Assembly (NCBI GenBank): GCA_030704615.1 | Contig: CM060731.1 | Span: 42,346,001-42,410,000, forward strand | Reading direction: 5' to 3' | DNA from: Takakia lepidozioides | Taxonomy: Eukaryota; Plantae; Bryophyta | DNA: 64,000 nucleotides | Part shown: positions 37,290-49,548 of the stretch, piece by piece | How positions within the stretch are numbered: the stretch's first letter is position 1 | How the letters are laid out: each line of letters opens with the position of its first letter | Translations under genes and position numbers: made by a program | Notes under the pieces: generated by a model | The model's input: the letters and a program-made list of their open reading frames with translations, nothing else | What the model was told of the DNA's origin: nothing | Databases searched by the model: none

Positions 37290-37586
37290 GGAGCACGTGA
37301 GAAAAGCCCAAGGTTCATGCAAACCTTCATGGAGATGTGCTCAGCAGAGGGGGGAACAATAGTCGATCTGACAGCGGGATGCGGGTCCTCCATGGTGGTT
37401 GCAACTGTTTGCGGAAGGCATCTGCTGGCGTTGGAAGGGGATGATAAGCTCCTACGAGAGAGGCTTGGAGGATTGCAGCGACAAGCACCTGAGGCACCAA
37501 TGTTGACACTGACACACCTGCCGACAACGATTGGTTGAACGACGACAAGGATGGGTTGCAGATTCACGTACAATCATTGAAGTGAG
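37290..37586 (+). pseudogene. 3' part (motif X-I-II, SAM-binding) of the second MTase-like gene
   Basis: GAREKSPRFMQTFMEMCSAEGGTIVDLTAGCGSSMVVATVCGRHLLALEGD aligns with RSPAFIQTLMETCSDVQGRILDLTCGTGASMWAGTLSDRHVFAFKPD. It ends at a GTAAG donor. Confidence 0.8.
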
Positions 37587-37608
37587 TAAGTCGAACTTCT
37601 AAGTAAGT

Positions 37609-38367
37609 TGTCGTGCGCATACATATCGCTACACAACTACATCGCTATCCAAACCACACCACACATATATGCACAATAAAGTAGTCTACCACAATGATAA
37701 GAAAGCTTGAAAAGACACACACTCTCAACACAAGAAATATGAAATCCCTCAACATCACTCGTTAAAACAGTACTCGAGCCAGGGGCACCCCAAGCTATGG
37801 GGACTCCACCCCACAACAACCTACACTCCCATCATGAGTACACTCAGATCTAAACGCATGCAGGAGCTCGGTCGCGCAGGCTCAACTCGAGAGAGATGAG
37901 CCGCGCGACTGCCGCTCTCGTGAAGATAAGACGGACCAGGTGTCAAACTAAACTTGACACCTGATTTAACACTTGACCTAAATCCAAGTGTTAAATACAA
38001 ATAACTAGTTTTATGCTAGCTGTTTTCACACTGTACTTATTTAACTTGACAGCTGTCGTGCGCATACATATCGCTACACAACTACATCGCTGTCCAAACC
38101 ACACCACACATATATGCACAATAAAGTAGTCTACCACAATCGCCCCCCTAGCTGGTGGATAGGTCCCTCTACCTCCAGATAGCTACAAGACGTAATAGCC
38201 ATAGCCGTACTAATTCCTCTATCACTGTCCCTATCGTACTCAAACTCTATAGACCAAGAGGCCGGGTACAAGAGTAGCCCATCGTTAGTCGCCATTTTGC
38301 AATCTGTGAACTTGAGCCAGGACCTCGTGTGTTCAAGGTCTCCTAGTAGCTGGGCCTTGCGTTTCTT
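37609..38367 (-). mobile_element. LTR retrotransposon end (LTR-like TG..CA segment with ~85-bp direct repeat and PPT-like tract)
   Basis: 37609-37694 is repeated at 38054-38139. On the minus strand, GGGGGGCGAT precedes TGTGG at about 38138. Confidence 0.5.
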
Positions 38368-38867
38368 NNNNNNNNNNNNNNNNNNNNNNNNNNNNNNNNN
38401 NNNNNNNNNNNNNNNNNNNNNNNNNNNNNNNNNNNNNNNNNNNNNNNNNNNNNNNNNNNNNNNNNNNNNNNNNNNNNNNNNNNNNNNNNNNNNNNNNNNN
38501 NNNNNNNNNNNNNNNNNNNNNNNNNNNNNNNNNNNNNNNNNNNNNNNNNNNNNNNNNNNNNNNNNNNNNNNNNNNNNNNNNNNNNNNNNNNNNNNNNNNN
38601 NNNNNNNNNNNNNNNNNNNNNNNNNNNNNNNNNNNNNNNNNNNNNNNNNNNNNNNNNNNNNNNNNNNNNNNNNNNNNNNNNNNNNNNNNNNNNNNNNNNN
38701 NNNNNNNNNNNNNNNNNNNNNNNNNNNNNNNNNNNNNNNNNNNNNNNNNNNNNNNNNNNNNNNNNNNNNNNNNNNNNNNNNNNNNNNNNNNNNNNNNNNN
38801 NNNNNNNNNNNNNNNNNNNNNNNNNNNNNNNNNNNNNNNNNNNNNNNNNNNNNNNNNNNNNNNNNNN
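38368..38867. other. Assembly gap (500 N)
   Basis: Run of N. Confidence 1.
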
Positions 38868-40636
38868 AATGCGCGAATTTCCATTTCGGCACCACCCTAG
38901 GGACCTTAGCCATTTTCGGAGGCCCGGACTGTGAAATTCGGCGCCATTTTCCCATGTCCGGTCCAAAAAATGCTAAGTCCCATATGGCCTTGGACCTGGA
39001 CAAATGGCGCCCGAATTTTCAAGTTTAGGGCCAGCCACCCTAGGGACTTAGCCATTTTCGGAGTCCCTGATCTGGACAGTCGGCAAAAATGAAGGACTAT
39101 AGGAGGCTGCGTAGTACCTGTTCACAGGCGCTTGTTGCGTGTCCCGCGTTCGTCTGGTCGGTGAACTCGTGGCTCCGGCGGCATTGTGGTATCTCCCGAA
39201 AGAATAGGTCGGTTTTGTAGAGCAGAAAGTACTCGTCACATAGTCGCGTAGGCTCTCTGCTGCATGAGAAATCTCCCTTGAACTGATGTGCGGTGTGTCC
39301 AGCTGCTCTTGCGCATTCGTCGTCACCTGTGGAGATTCTCCATCAGATCGCATTGCTGAAAATAACAAGATCACCCCCTACAAGAGTAGAAGCGGCAAAC
39401 ACGCGTGGGGAAGTACTTGAAACCACCATGTCATGCGGTTCATCCACATGTCGAATGTGGGTCAGACAGTTTGTCCGGTTTGGGGAACTCCACATGTCCC
39501 TTGTTACTTTGGGAACCATTTCCAAACTTTGGAGTCACACCGGGTCTGTCCAACCACCCAACATATTCGTAGCGCCAACATCACAAAACGAGTTGTTGCC
39601 ACCACAATTTTGGTTAAGAATGTATCACCTTTTCTGCACCATCCACACAGGATTGGCTAGACGATGGAGCTTCTCCAATCTCATCGTGGGCTTCAGAGCG
39701 CGGGAGTAGTGCTTCCCCACCTCCACCAGAAAGTCGGCACCAAGGGCGGGATCAGCTATGGCCACGTACTTTACCATCCGCGACTTGTACTTTATGCGGG
39801 CCCTCACCTCCGCAGCTTTGAGATACGATTCGAGTGCCGGGAGGGTTAGATTCTTCTCCTCTGACTCCATGTAGAACCTCCGCGCATGTGCCAAATCTTG
39901 CTGAATTTTCGTCTGTCAAGATGCGCACATAAGATTAGAGATCATGCTCAACACTTTTTCTTCTATTGGGGGAGGAGAGACAGATTAGCTCAACAAAACA
40001 GTCAGGAGCTTTACCCGAAATATGTAGTCCACCATGGCGTCCATACTCAGCCTATACCAGGTTCTGTCTGCCTTTGCCTCCGACTTGCGCAGGAGGTCGG
40101 CACTGAGCGAATTGGCAAACTCTTGCACCCCCTGCTTCCCGACATCCTTCACTCGGAAGAGCATATGGGACAAGTTGGTGGCAATGAAGGCATTCTCAGT
40201 CACCCTGCAATGCCACATTTCCATCAAACAATTCTGAAATGGGAATTTACAACAAATATGAGGATTCGCAATGAAATGACTTACAATCGGATGGGTCCAA
40301 AAGCAAGAGGCGTTGTAACTTACGAGTTGATGTCCGCCATTACAGCTTTGAGAAGACTGCGATCTTTGGGCCCCGCAACCTTCAGCACAACACACTCCAC
40401 GGCGAAATGTCAATCGAGGTCGTTGGGGTGGGCTTCGGCTATGTGCTCCATCCATGCCAGGAGGCGATGATTGCCGTCCCACACGTAAAACATCTTTCCG
40501 GACAAGTGCTGGAAAAGAGGATCAGTAACAATCGATCTCTCGAACTCCTCATTTCGCCTTTGCCAATGGGGACCCCATTTGTCCATCTCATCGGAAGTGT
40601 GGGCACGGGAAGCTCCGTGGTCGTTCTCAATGGAAA
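38868..40636 (-). pseudogene. Inverted copy of part of the ParB-MTase gene (equivalent to 13364-~15150)
   Basis: FYVWDGNHRLLAW in ORF 40410..40643-. Many small indels towards the gap. Confidence 0.9.
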
Positions 40637-40638
40637 AG

Positions 40639-43600
40639 TGCATCGCGGCGAAATCGCCATTCTTACCACTACACTATCCCTTAAAACTCAACGACCCCCT
40701 CCTGTAAAATTATATTTAAGGTGTTTTAAACCCCCCTCTGTATGTATAATGTTGTACATGGGGGGGTTTAAAATACCCCCTCCTGTGCACGCACGTGGCT
40801 GGTACATTTAATGAGGAGTGCACCCCCCGGGTTGAGTCTGCAGTGTATCCACATCCTCTTGGAGCTCTCCTATTCTACTATAGACATTGTCTATAGTAGT
40901 GGTGGCAATATTCTGCACTTGCAGCCTCAGGTCATTCATCTCCCCCTGGGTGAGCTTTCTCGGTGCTTTCCCTTCCACTGGCCCTTGTGCTAACCATACT
41001 TTTAAAAGTTGGTCATCCACTCTGTCATGTGTAACATCTCTGAGACTCTGCTCCTCCTTGAGTCTATAGGCATCTAACTGCTGTTGCAATCCTTGCATGC
41101 GCTTCTCATGAGGTTCAACTAAATTGGCATAAGCTGCAGCCAGATTATTGGCTTCCCTCGCTGCCTTGTTAGCTACAGAGAGTTGATTCCTATTCGACAT
41201 AAGGGTCTGTTGTAACTCCACAATGTACTTCTCCTGGTTAGCCTCAACCTGTTTGTATTGTTGTAAAGCACCCTCATTGTGACATATTGTATCTTTGAGG
41301 TCCACAATGAATTTGGCTTGCTCCACTACCTCCGTTTCTGCCCTTACACATCGCTCCCTCTGCTGGTTGGCTTCTGTTGTGGCTTACTCTAGAACATTTG
41401 TGAGGGTGGCACATTGCACCGTCATCCTTTGATGTACTACCTCCAACTCTGCCTGTTGTTCCTTTAGTCCTTGCATCTCATCCTCATGCTTGTTCTGCAA
41501 TTGGAATAATTGCTGCTTGTGTATCTCCTGCAGATGGTCTTGCTCCAGACCCCCCTCAATCAGTTGTTGCTTAGCAAATTGCAGAGCATTCTTTGTTTCC
41601 CTCAACTCCTATTGCAACTACAAATGCACTTCCATCTCAACTTTGTTAACACACTCGGTTGCCAACCGATTTTCGAACTCTTTTATGAGTTCCTCCTTCA
41701 GAACTTCCAACTGAGTCACTGTAACATGTGACTTCATGTAAGTTCCCAACAAATTGAGGGTTCGGCTTATGGAGTTCATCAGCATAGCTTGCTGAGGCCC
41801 ATCATGGTTAACATGCTGCTGTTCACCCCTCTCATCCATAGGATGATGCCTCACAAACCACTCAGGCCACTGCTCCACCAGATCCTCCTTCTCAATTTCC
41901 TCATTTCTCCCAGATGTTGCTGTGTCCTGATGTTCCTCTTCTGGAACTTGTGGTGCTGGTGGGGGTATTACCTGCACATCAGGAAGTTCACTAGACAGAT
42001 TTTGGACCTCTGGCTCCACTCTCTCTCTGAGCAAACTAGAGTCTTCATAGAGAAGATCACCTCTCTCAATCTCTGCCACCACTTGCTCTGTAGTTGGAAT
42101 ATCTAACCCTTCTGTTTCCAAATCTATTATTTGTGGAGGAACCGCATGGACCACTTGTGGTAACTCTTTGGCAAGCCGTTCACCTGGCTGTGATGGCTGT
42201 GATACTGAATTGACTTCATGTTCCCTCTCCACAGGTTGTGCTGTTTGTAACCCTTGATCTTTGTGCTGCTGTACCCTCTCCTGCACAAGAGCTTGAGTAA
42301 CTTCTTCCTCCTGCTGCCTTTTAGCTAATGGTTCGGCTTCCAACGTGATCCCTTTCCTCTGTCTTTTGGGCTGTTGATGCTCTGCCAATCCTCCTTCACC
42401 CTGTGAAGAACCTTGCTCTTCTATGGTAGTGGTTGTTATTTCAAACACTCTCATTTCCTTCCTTTCTCTCGCATCAAGTACGCATGAGTCTAGGATGATT
42501 TGTGCAATGACTGGCCCAGATACTATGATAGGAGATTTAGTGGCAGTTCCCTACAGTCTTTTCATCTCCTCTACCAGTCCGTTGTACATGATGTTCTCCC
42601 ATGCTACCTCTTCTCCTCTCAGGCCTTTGAGTATTTCCTCTGTGAAGGATCTGCTCAAATACTGCTGGTTCTGTTTCATGGCAAACAGAACGTTCAATAT
42701 CTGGCCTACCTCCTTGAGCCCTGGGTACACCGCTTTGGTACAAGCATAGCCTTGAGTTTTAAAGAAATTCCCTTCTTCAAACAAATCTTTCATCTGCAAT
42801 CTAGCCCTGTGCTCGTCCACATGAACCTGACCTGCTGGCAATGAAAACAATTGCTGTAGGTATAAGGGAGTAAGTTCTAATTCAACTCCCTTCACCATTG
42901 TGGCTCCTGTCTTTGGGTCAAAGTTCTGCAATAATTCTAACATGTACTTCCGATGGTGCAATGTCCAATCCTTGTTTTGCAATCCTTGTAATCGCAGTTC
43001 CTCTAGTAACTTCACCGCGTATGGCGTAGCAATCGTCTGTTTCTACAGGATTGTGGTGCTTTTCACCTTGATGTCCTCCATCCCTCTTACTCTCTTCATT
43101 TTAGAGAAACCGTAAGGCTGTGGCTGTAACAACTGAAGTAATGCCTGCAGAGCACAAAGCACAAACGTATGATTGCCACAAAATGCTATGGGTAGTGTCC
43201 TGTAAACCTGCGGGGCTTGCAAGCATTGATCAAGAGAAAAGTTACTCTCTGTTCTTCTGTTTCCTCGCCATTGCATGAGTAGTATCGCGAGCATATAATC
43301 TGCTAGTTCCCTCATAGCTTCAAAACTATCGCATTGATTGTCTGTCCTGTCGAGATGCCCGTTACTTGGAACGACGCCGACTCTTACGCTCAGAACCTTT
43401 TTACTTTCTTGAAGTTGCTCCTGCTTCATGATTGGCTGTAACCGTTGTGACTGGATTTTAGAATTAATTTTCTTTAGTGGATTTTCCCTGCTGGCCTGTC
43501 CACTAGGATAACACACGTGACAAGAAATTGTTTTTCTGTACTCGCCGTATGTTCCGTTACCCTTTTTCCGTATGCATTAATGGGCCCGCCATCCATCCTC

Positions 43601-46600
43601 TTTGACGTAGTAGGTAGGTACTTTGACGGCCACTCCTGTCCTTTTTCTTGATGACACTTGTTCTTGCAGCTCCTTCTCAGCTGTGCGTCACGGCCTGACT
43701 TCCACGCGTCCACTTTTAAACTGACTTCCGCCCTTTCTTCCGCCGGCCATTTCCCTGATGTTTTCTTTCGTCCACCTGTCACTAATCCTATGGACTGTGT
43801 AAGATCGTTGTTTTGTATTCAAAATGTCCATGTGTGGACCTGGCAGCGGCGTCAAACTGGTCGACAGGATGACGAGTGGGGACTTGTCAAACAGTTGGGT
43901 TATGTTCGACCATATCAAGCAAATTACAAATCACCAGTGGGTGACAATGGGTGCACATGTCTATGACACCCACTGCAGGATGCTAATGACAATTGCTATT
44001 TGTGAGATGAAAGGAGAGGACACACAATCGGAGATGCTTCTTTGGCAGGGAATAAACGAACAGATGGCCAAGGCGGGATTGCCCCCTCCCAATTTCCGTG
44101 GTTTCATGGCGGACAACGCACAAGCAAATTGGGCTGCCATCCGAAGGGTGTATGGGCAAGACCCCAATGTTCCCATGGAAGGCAAGGAGAGATTTTGTGG
44201 GTTCCATTTTCAGCAGAGCCTTTCGCAGTACACAACCAGGCTCGTGGCGCCAGATTTCAGAGAGGAGCACCGTTCCATGTGTCTTGCGTGGAAGCGCGCT
44301 CCCACCTTGGATGATGCAGAGACACAGTTTGCATGTATACGGGCTTGGTGGACATCGTCAGGTGCTGTAAGGAAATCAGACGAGGGAGCAATGGTCAGTT
44401 GGCTAGCATGGTGGCATTATCGTTTCCTCCAGTTCGGCGACTATATGCGGGAGGTGAGTTGCACGAATTTGCATCCCGTTGAATATTATTCTTGGCATTA
44501 TTTGTAACTTGCTTGTAACCTCAACATGTGCTTGTGCAGGAAATGTGTCTCGACTCCGACACCGACATGCCCACGACAAACATGGCCGAATCAGTGCATT
44601 CTTCCTGGCATGCCTCCTCTGCGGCGCATCTGGTGGACATCCTCACTGCCACAATGGAGGACATTGTGAGGTCAATTATACAGCAATGCAGGTACAACGA
44701 GTTCTTGAAAAGGAAACAGTGGGGCTTGGGGCCGGACAGGCAGGAAATGCTGATGCGGACTGCCTCCAGATCGAAGAATCCTTGGAAGTGGGTGGCGGCC
44801 TTGCGAGAGGGCCTTCGGGATACGCCATTGCTTCGAAGAGGCCAACATTTGGAAGGAGATGTTCATACTCGTCTAGTGAGACGAAGACTTGACGAGGCAC
44901 CTAGCGGGGAAGAGGATTCATGGCGAGCTGACAAGAATATTCGCACGCTCCCTCGTGGTCCCGTGATGTTGCCCGATGAGGTCTCGTCGAGCACCGCAAG
45001 TCCCGCACGTTCAAGATCGCCATCTCCTTTGAGCACAGGGCACATGCTCGAGGAACATAACGAGCTATCTGTGGTAACGCAGTACAACATACCCATTGTG
45101 GAGACAAGAGTGTCGGAGTCACAGTGGAGAATTGCAAGGACATTGCCGGCATTTCGAGGGAAGTGCTGCGCCATTCGGGTGGATACGAGAGCACGCTGTG
45201 GTGAGATGATTTGGAGGAACCCACACGGTGCTGTATCTGTACCTTGTTTCAGCGGCAGATTTTTGACTCCCACATTTGCTCACGCCACAACGCAGACGTT
45301 TTGGTTCTGTAGGCACGACATAATGACCTGTGTATTTGGCAAGCCCAAGTACGGGATTCAGGGAATGCCGGAGCCTCCGGGCGTCTGGCCTGTTGCACCG
45401 GGTTGCAGCCTCTCTCAGAATGAGGCGGATGCTCTATCTGCAGCAGGATTTCGAATGATGCAACGCACAGATGTCCCGGCCCACGCATTTCCAGTTCCTC
45501 AGACCCAGCCATTGCAGACTGCTCGGTCCAGTAGAGACGGATTGGACAATTCTGCACATCCCACAATGCGATTCGGAAGAGTGAAGAGACGACACCCTCC
45601 CAACAAGTTGAATGAGACTCGGATTGCCAATGCTCTTGGGATGGCTTGCACTATTCAGAGCTCCGTGGACGTACCTCCACCCGACCTTGGGCGTGTTTAT
45701 CGGATGGCAACGGCCGGCTCGGCTGTACGCGACGATGTATACACAATTACGATTGGAGTGGAGCCGACTTGCAATTGTACGGACTTCTCGTTGATGGAAG
45801 CAAAGAAGGGCTCAAAGTATTATTCGTGCAAGCATCTGTATTACATTTACCTGAAGAGGTTGAGGATGAACGTGACTATTGATGACTTTATTCATGCATC
45901 GGCGTTGAGCGTGAACGAGCTGCACAAACTCCTCCTTAGGGATTCCAGAAATCATTGATGGGGCAAAGGGAATCCTCCATATGGATATTTTCAATTGCAT
46001 TTTCATGTATCAGACTTTTTTTGCAGTGTAATGAAATGCACCCCAAAACTCCTGGAATGAGGCAATATTCCATTCAAACTGAGATCCAACAGAAGCAGTT
46101 GTGGGGCCATTTCTGGAAAAATGGCGCCAAATTTCTCTATTTTGGGCCGAAAACTGGCTAAGTCCCAACATGCACTGGTACCCCTGTGTCTGGAAAAATG
46201 GCGCCGAATTTCCCTATTTTGGGCCGAAAACTGGCTAAGTCCGAACATGCTCGGGAACAATGTCTGGAAAAATGGCGCCGAATTTCCAGTCACATGGCCC
46301 AGAACTGCCCAACATCTGTGCAATCCCCGGCACCATGTACCGAAATTCGGCGCCACATTTCCAAATTTTGGGCTTACACACCTGTCATGAGGGGACCTAT
46401 AGCCGCGGAATTCGGCACCATTTTTTGCCAGAGAGACCTATTACCGCGAAATACGTCGCGGTTTTTTCCGGTTACGGACCCTATTACCGTGAAATTCGGC
46501 GCCATTTTTGCACATGTCACTGGGAATTGGCATGAGCGGAAGACGAAATATCATGAGCACAACTCTCAAAACTACAATTTCCCCTTCAAGGTGCCGAATA

Positions 46601-49539
46601 ATATATTTGTTTTTTCTAACACATTCCATTAAATTAATGTTTTATAATGTTTTTTATTTTCGAAATTTGTACTTCTGCTCATGAAAACCGATTGTCTTGC
46701 TACTCCGCTCATGCCGCTCATGCTCATGAAATAGCTAACCTCTAGGCTTGCACACGCACTGCAAACGCCCACAAATGAATTCAAAGGTCAGATGGTGGGG
46801 TCAGCTGCAACATATGTCCAACACCAGATTATATCCTAAGTTAATCGACTCTATATCTTGGAAACATCGACTCTATATCTTTAAAACTACATGCTCTAGC
46901 TTAGGCTTGGATTTCATGGCTAATGGTTCCATCTCGAGACTTGATAACAGGGGTACGTTGAAGGTTACAATGACAAAAAGTGCTTCTAATTGAGTCCCAC
47001 ATCAATTCAATCTCAAAGAAGTTTGTCCCTTGACTGGTTGGAGAGCGGTCTTAGACATTGGTGATTCAATGGGGCGCTCTAGGAAGACAACCAAGGGCAA
47101 GGACTTCAACTTGAGAGTTTCTAATCGGTTTGATGCTCTGGATGAGGTTGAATCCATGGGGTAACTGTCCCCCCTTTGCAGAACGGTTGGCCGTCCAGGA
47201 GCAATCACAAGCTACCTAGACGACAAACAATTCACATGCAAAGGGCTGGCTTGCGGCTGGCCACTTTCAACTTCTCAGGGTTGATCAACCAAAGGAAACA
47301 ACTTGAAGTGGGACAAGTGCTTCGGACTAATGATATTCATATCTGTGCTGGGCAAGAAACATGGGAAACGTCAGATAAATTGGTTGGAGATGTCAAGGTT
47401 ATAAATGGGCAGGTAAGATGTGTACTCTCGAGGCAGCCTCTGCCAAACGCGGTCAAAAAGGGGTTGGATTCTTTGTCCGTGATTTCTTGTTTGACAATTG
47501 TGAAATTATCAACAAGGGTTTGAGGTACGAGCATAGTATCTGGCTAAAACTGAATCTGAAGGGCGGCATGAGAACGAAGGACCTCTTTGTGGGTTGTGTT
47601 TACATGCCCACAGAGGGGACCCTTAGTGCTGACGCAGACAAAGCCTTCGAAGATGTAAAACTGGACTGTGCTTTGTTCCTTGCCAAAGGTCAAGTGGTGC
47701 TATACATTGAATGATGCAATGACCAAAAGTGCTTCTAATAGAGTCCCAGATCAATTCAATCTCAAAGAAGTTCGTCCCTTGACTGGCTAGAGAGCGGTCT
47801 TAGACATTGGTGATTCAATGGCGCGCTCTAGGAAGACAACCAAGGGCAAGGACTTCAACTGCAGGTGACCAAGTGCAGTGGACTCGTGAGAAATCCCAAA
47901 CTGGGGAACGTTCCATTGTGGACTATATCATAATGGACAAAACTTTGTTCCCCCAGTGTGCCAATGTGTTGATCGACAGAACTGATATTGGTACCTCTGA
48001 CCACTTCCTGGTTTGGACTGAGATCAAAAGAGAACCTCTCGTGTGTGCCTACTTGTGTCTGTAGTCAGGTAACGACGGATTGGTCAGTGAGAACCACCAC
48101 GGTGCAGCTGAGCACGGCTTGCTAAGACCAAGCTGACTCTCCCAAGAACCTTGTAAACATCTGGAAGAATACCAAATCAGGTACTAACAGGAGGCAAGAG
48201 CCCGCAATAACAGGATGGAAAAAATTCTTCACAACGTACCTTAAGAAAATGCCACACCTTGCGATTGCAGTTGTCCCACCATTGTCAATCTTCTAAAAAC
48301 TCATGTCAGGTCTGCTCAGTGCTGCAAATTCAGGGCCGACTCTGATGAGAGGGCAAGACGGGCTGAAATAGGTCGAAGAAGAAGGTGCCCTCACCACATT
48401 GTCCTTGACCTTGTGTCATGACCCATGGAGGATTTTCCCTCCCATCAACCCAAAAGGATCGCTTCGGTGTGTTGCTGGTGTTTGTACTCAGGTAATGTCG
48501 GATTGGTCTTTGAGAAACCACCACAAAATGGCCTGCTAAGACCAAGCTCACTCTCCCTTAAACCTTGTAAACATCAGGAAGAATACCATGCCCTGTGGAG
48601 AGGAGGGGAGAGGAGAGGAGGGAAAAGAGAAAGCCCGCGGAAGGGAAGGCGAACGTGGGAGAGGAGTGGAGAGGAGATGAGAGGAGGAGAGGGAAAAGAG
48701 AAAGCCGCGGGAGGGAAGGGGAGAAAGATCGCGGAGAAAAAAAAAAAAAAAAAAAAAAAAAAACCCCCTCGGTATGTATAATGTTGTACATGGGAGGGTT
48801 TAAAATACCCCCTCCTGTGCACGCACGTGGCTGGTACATTTAATGAGGAGTGCACCCCCTAGGCCTCCTGTGGCTTCCAGGATCATTTCATTCTACAAGA
48901 TTAGTTTTTAAGAACTATTCTGGCACTCATTCAAACCCATTTTGGGTTAAGGGTTTAGGGTCAATAGTATTGTCGCTTTCCAGATCTCTTTCCGAGTTGG
49001 AGGGTAGATTTGAAGATACGCATCCAAACAATGAAGGCATTGTTGTCCACAATGAGGTTGGAACGAACGACGTGGACATGGCCGCGGAGTTTACAATGCC
49101 CGATCGCAGTATTGACCGCATCATTCACGGAATTACGGACGTCCTTGACCCTGCGGCCAATGAAACCATGGTTGAAGAATAGCGAATTGCGGATGAGAGA
49201 AGGAGAAAAGGAAAAGAACCAGTAGTGGAAACCGGGGAATGCTCGAGGGTAGCCATTCAACCCGACACCGTGTCTGATGTCGATCGTGTTACAAGGGAGC
49301 GGGACATTGCCATGGCAACTGCATGGCGCTTGTCAAAAGCATTGGAGATTTGGGCATGGGTGCCATTGGATGGCGATTGGGAGAATTGGGTACAATGGGT
49401 GACCCACCTGGCCTCTGGAGAAGCACGGGTAGAGCGGGCACTGTCAGCCTTGCAACGTATCGCATGTATGTCAAACCGTAGCATGAATAACATTTATGAT
49501 AACATGCAAAGGTATAACGATCTCCGCATCGCATCAAGC
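40639..49539. repeat. Right arm of inverted duplication (reverse complement of 1-8884)
   Basis: Mirrored sequence with scattered SNPs and indels. Confidence 0.97.
43790..45958 (+). CDS. MULE DDE transposase core plus SWIM (5'-truncated, one intron at ~44454-44539; best-preserved copy)
   Basis: ORFs 43824..44507 and 44528..45958 contain VMFDH, FMADN, CGFH, TNMAESVH and CNCTDF..CKHLYY. Confidence 0.88.
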
Positions 49540-49548
49540 ATGTTCGCC

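Noticed and set aside
38131-39028. Long ORFs in the track
   Set aside because: Artefacts of translating through the N gap.
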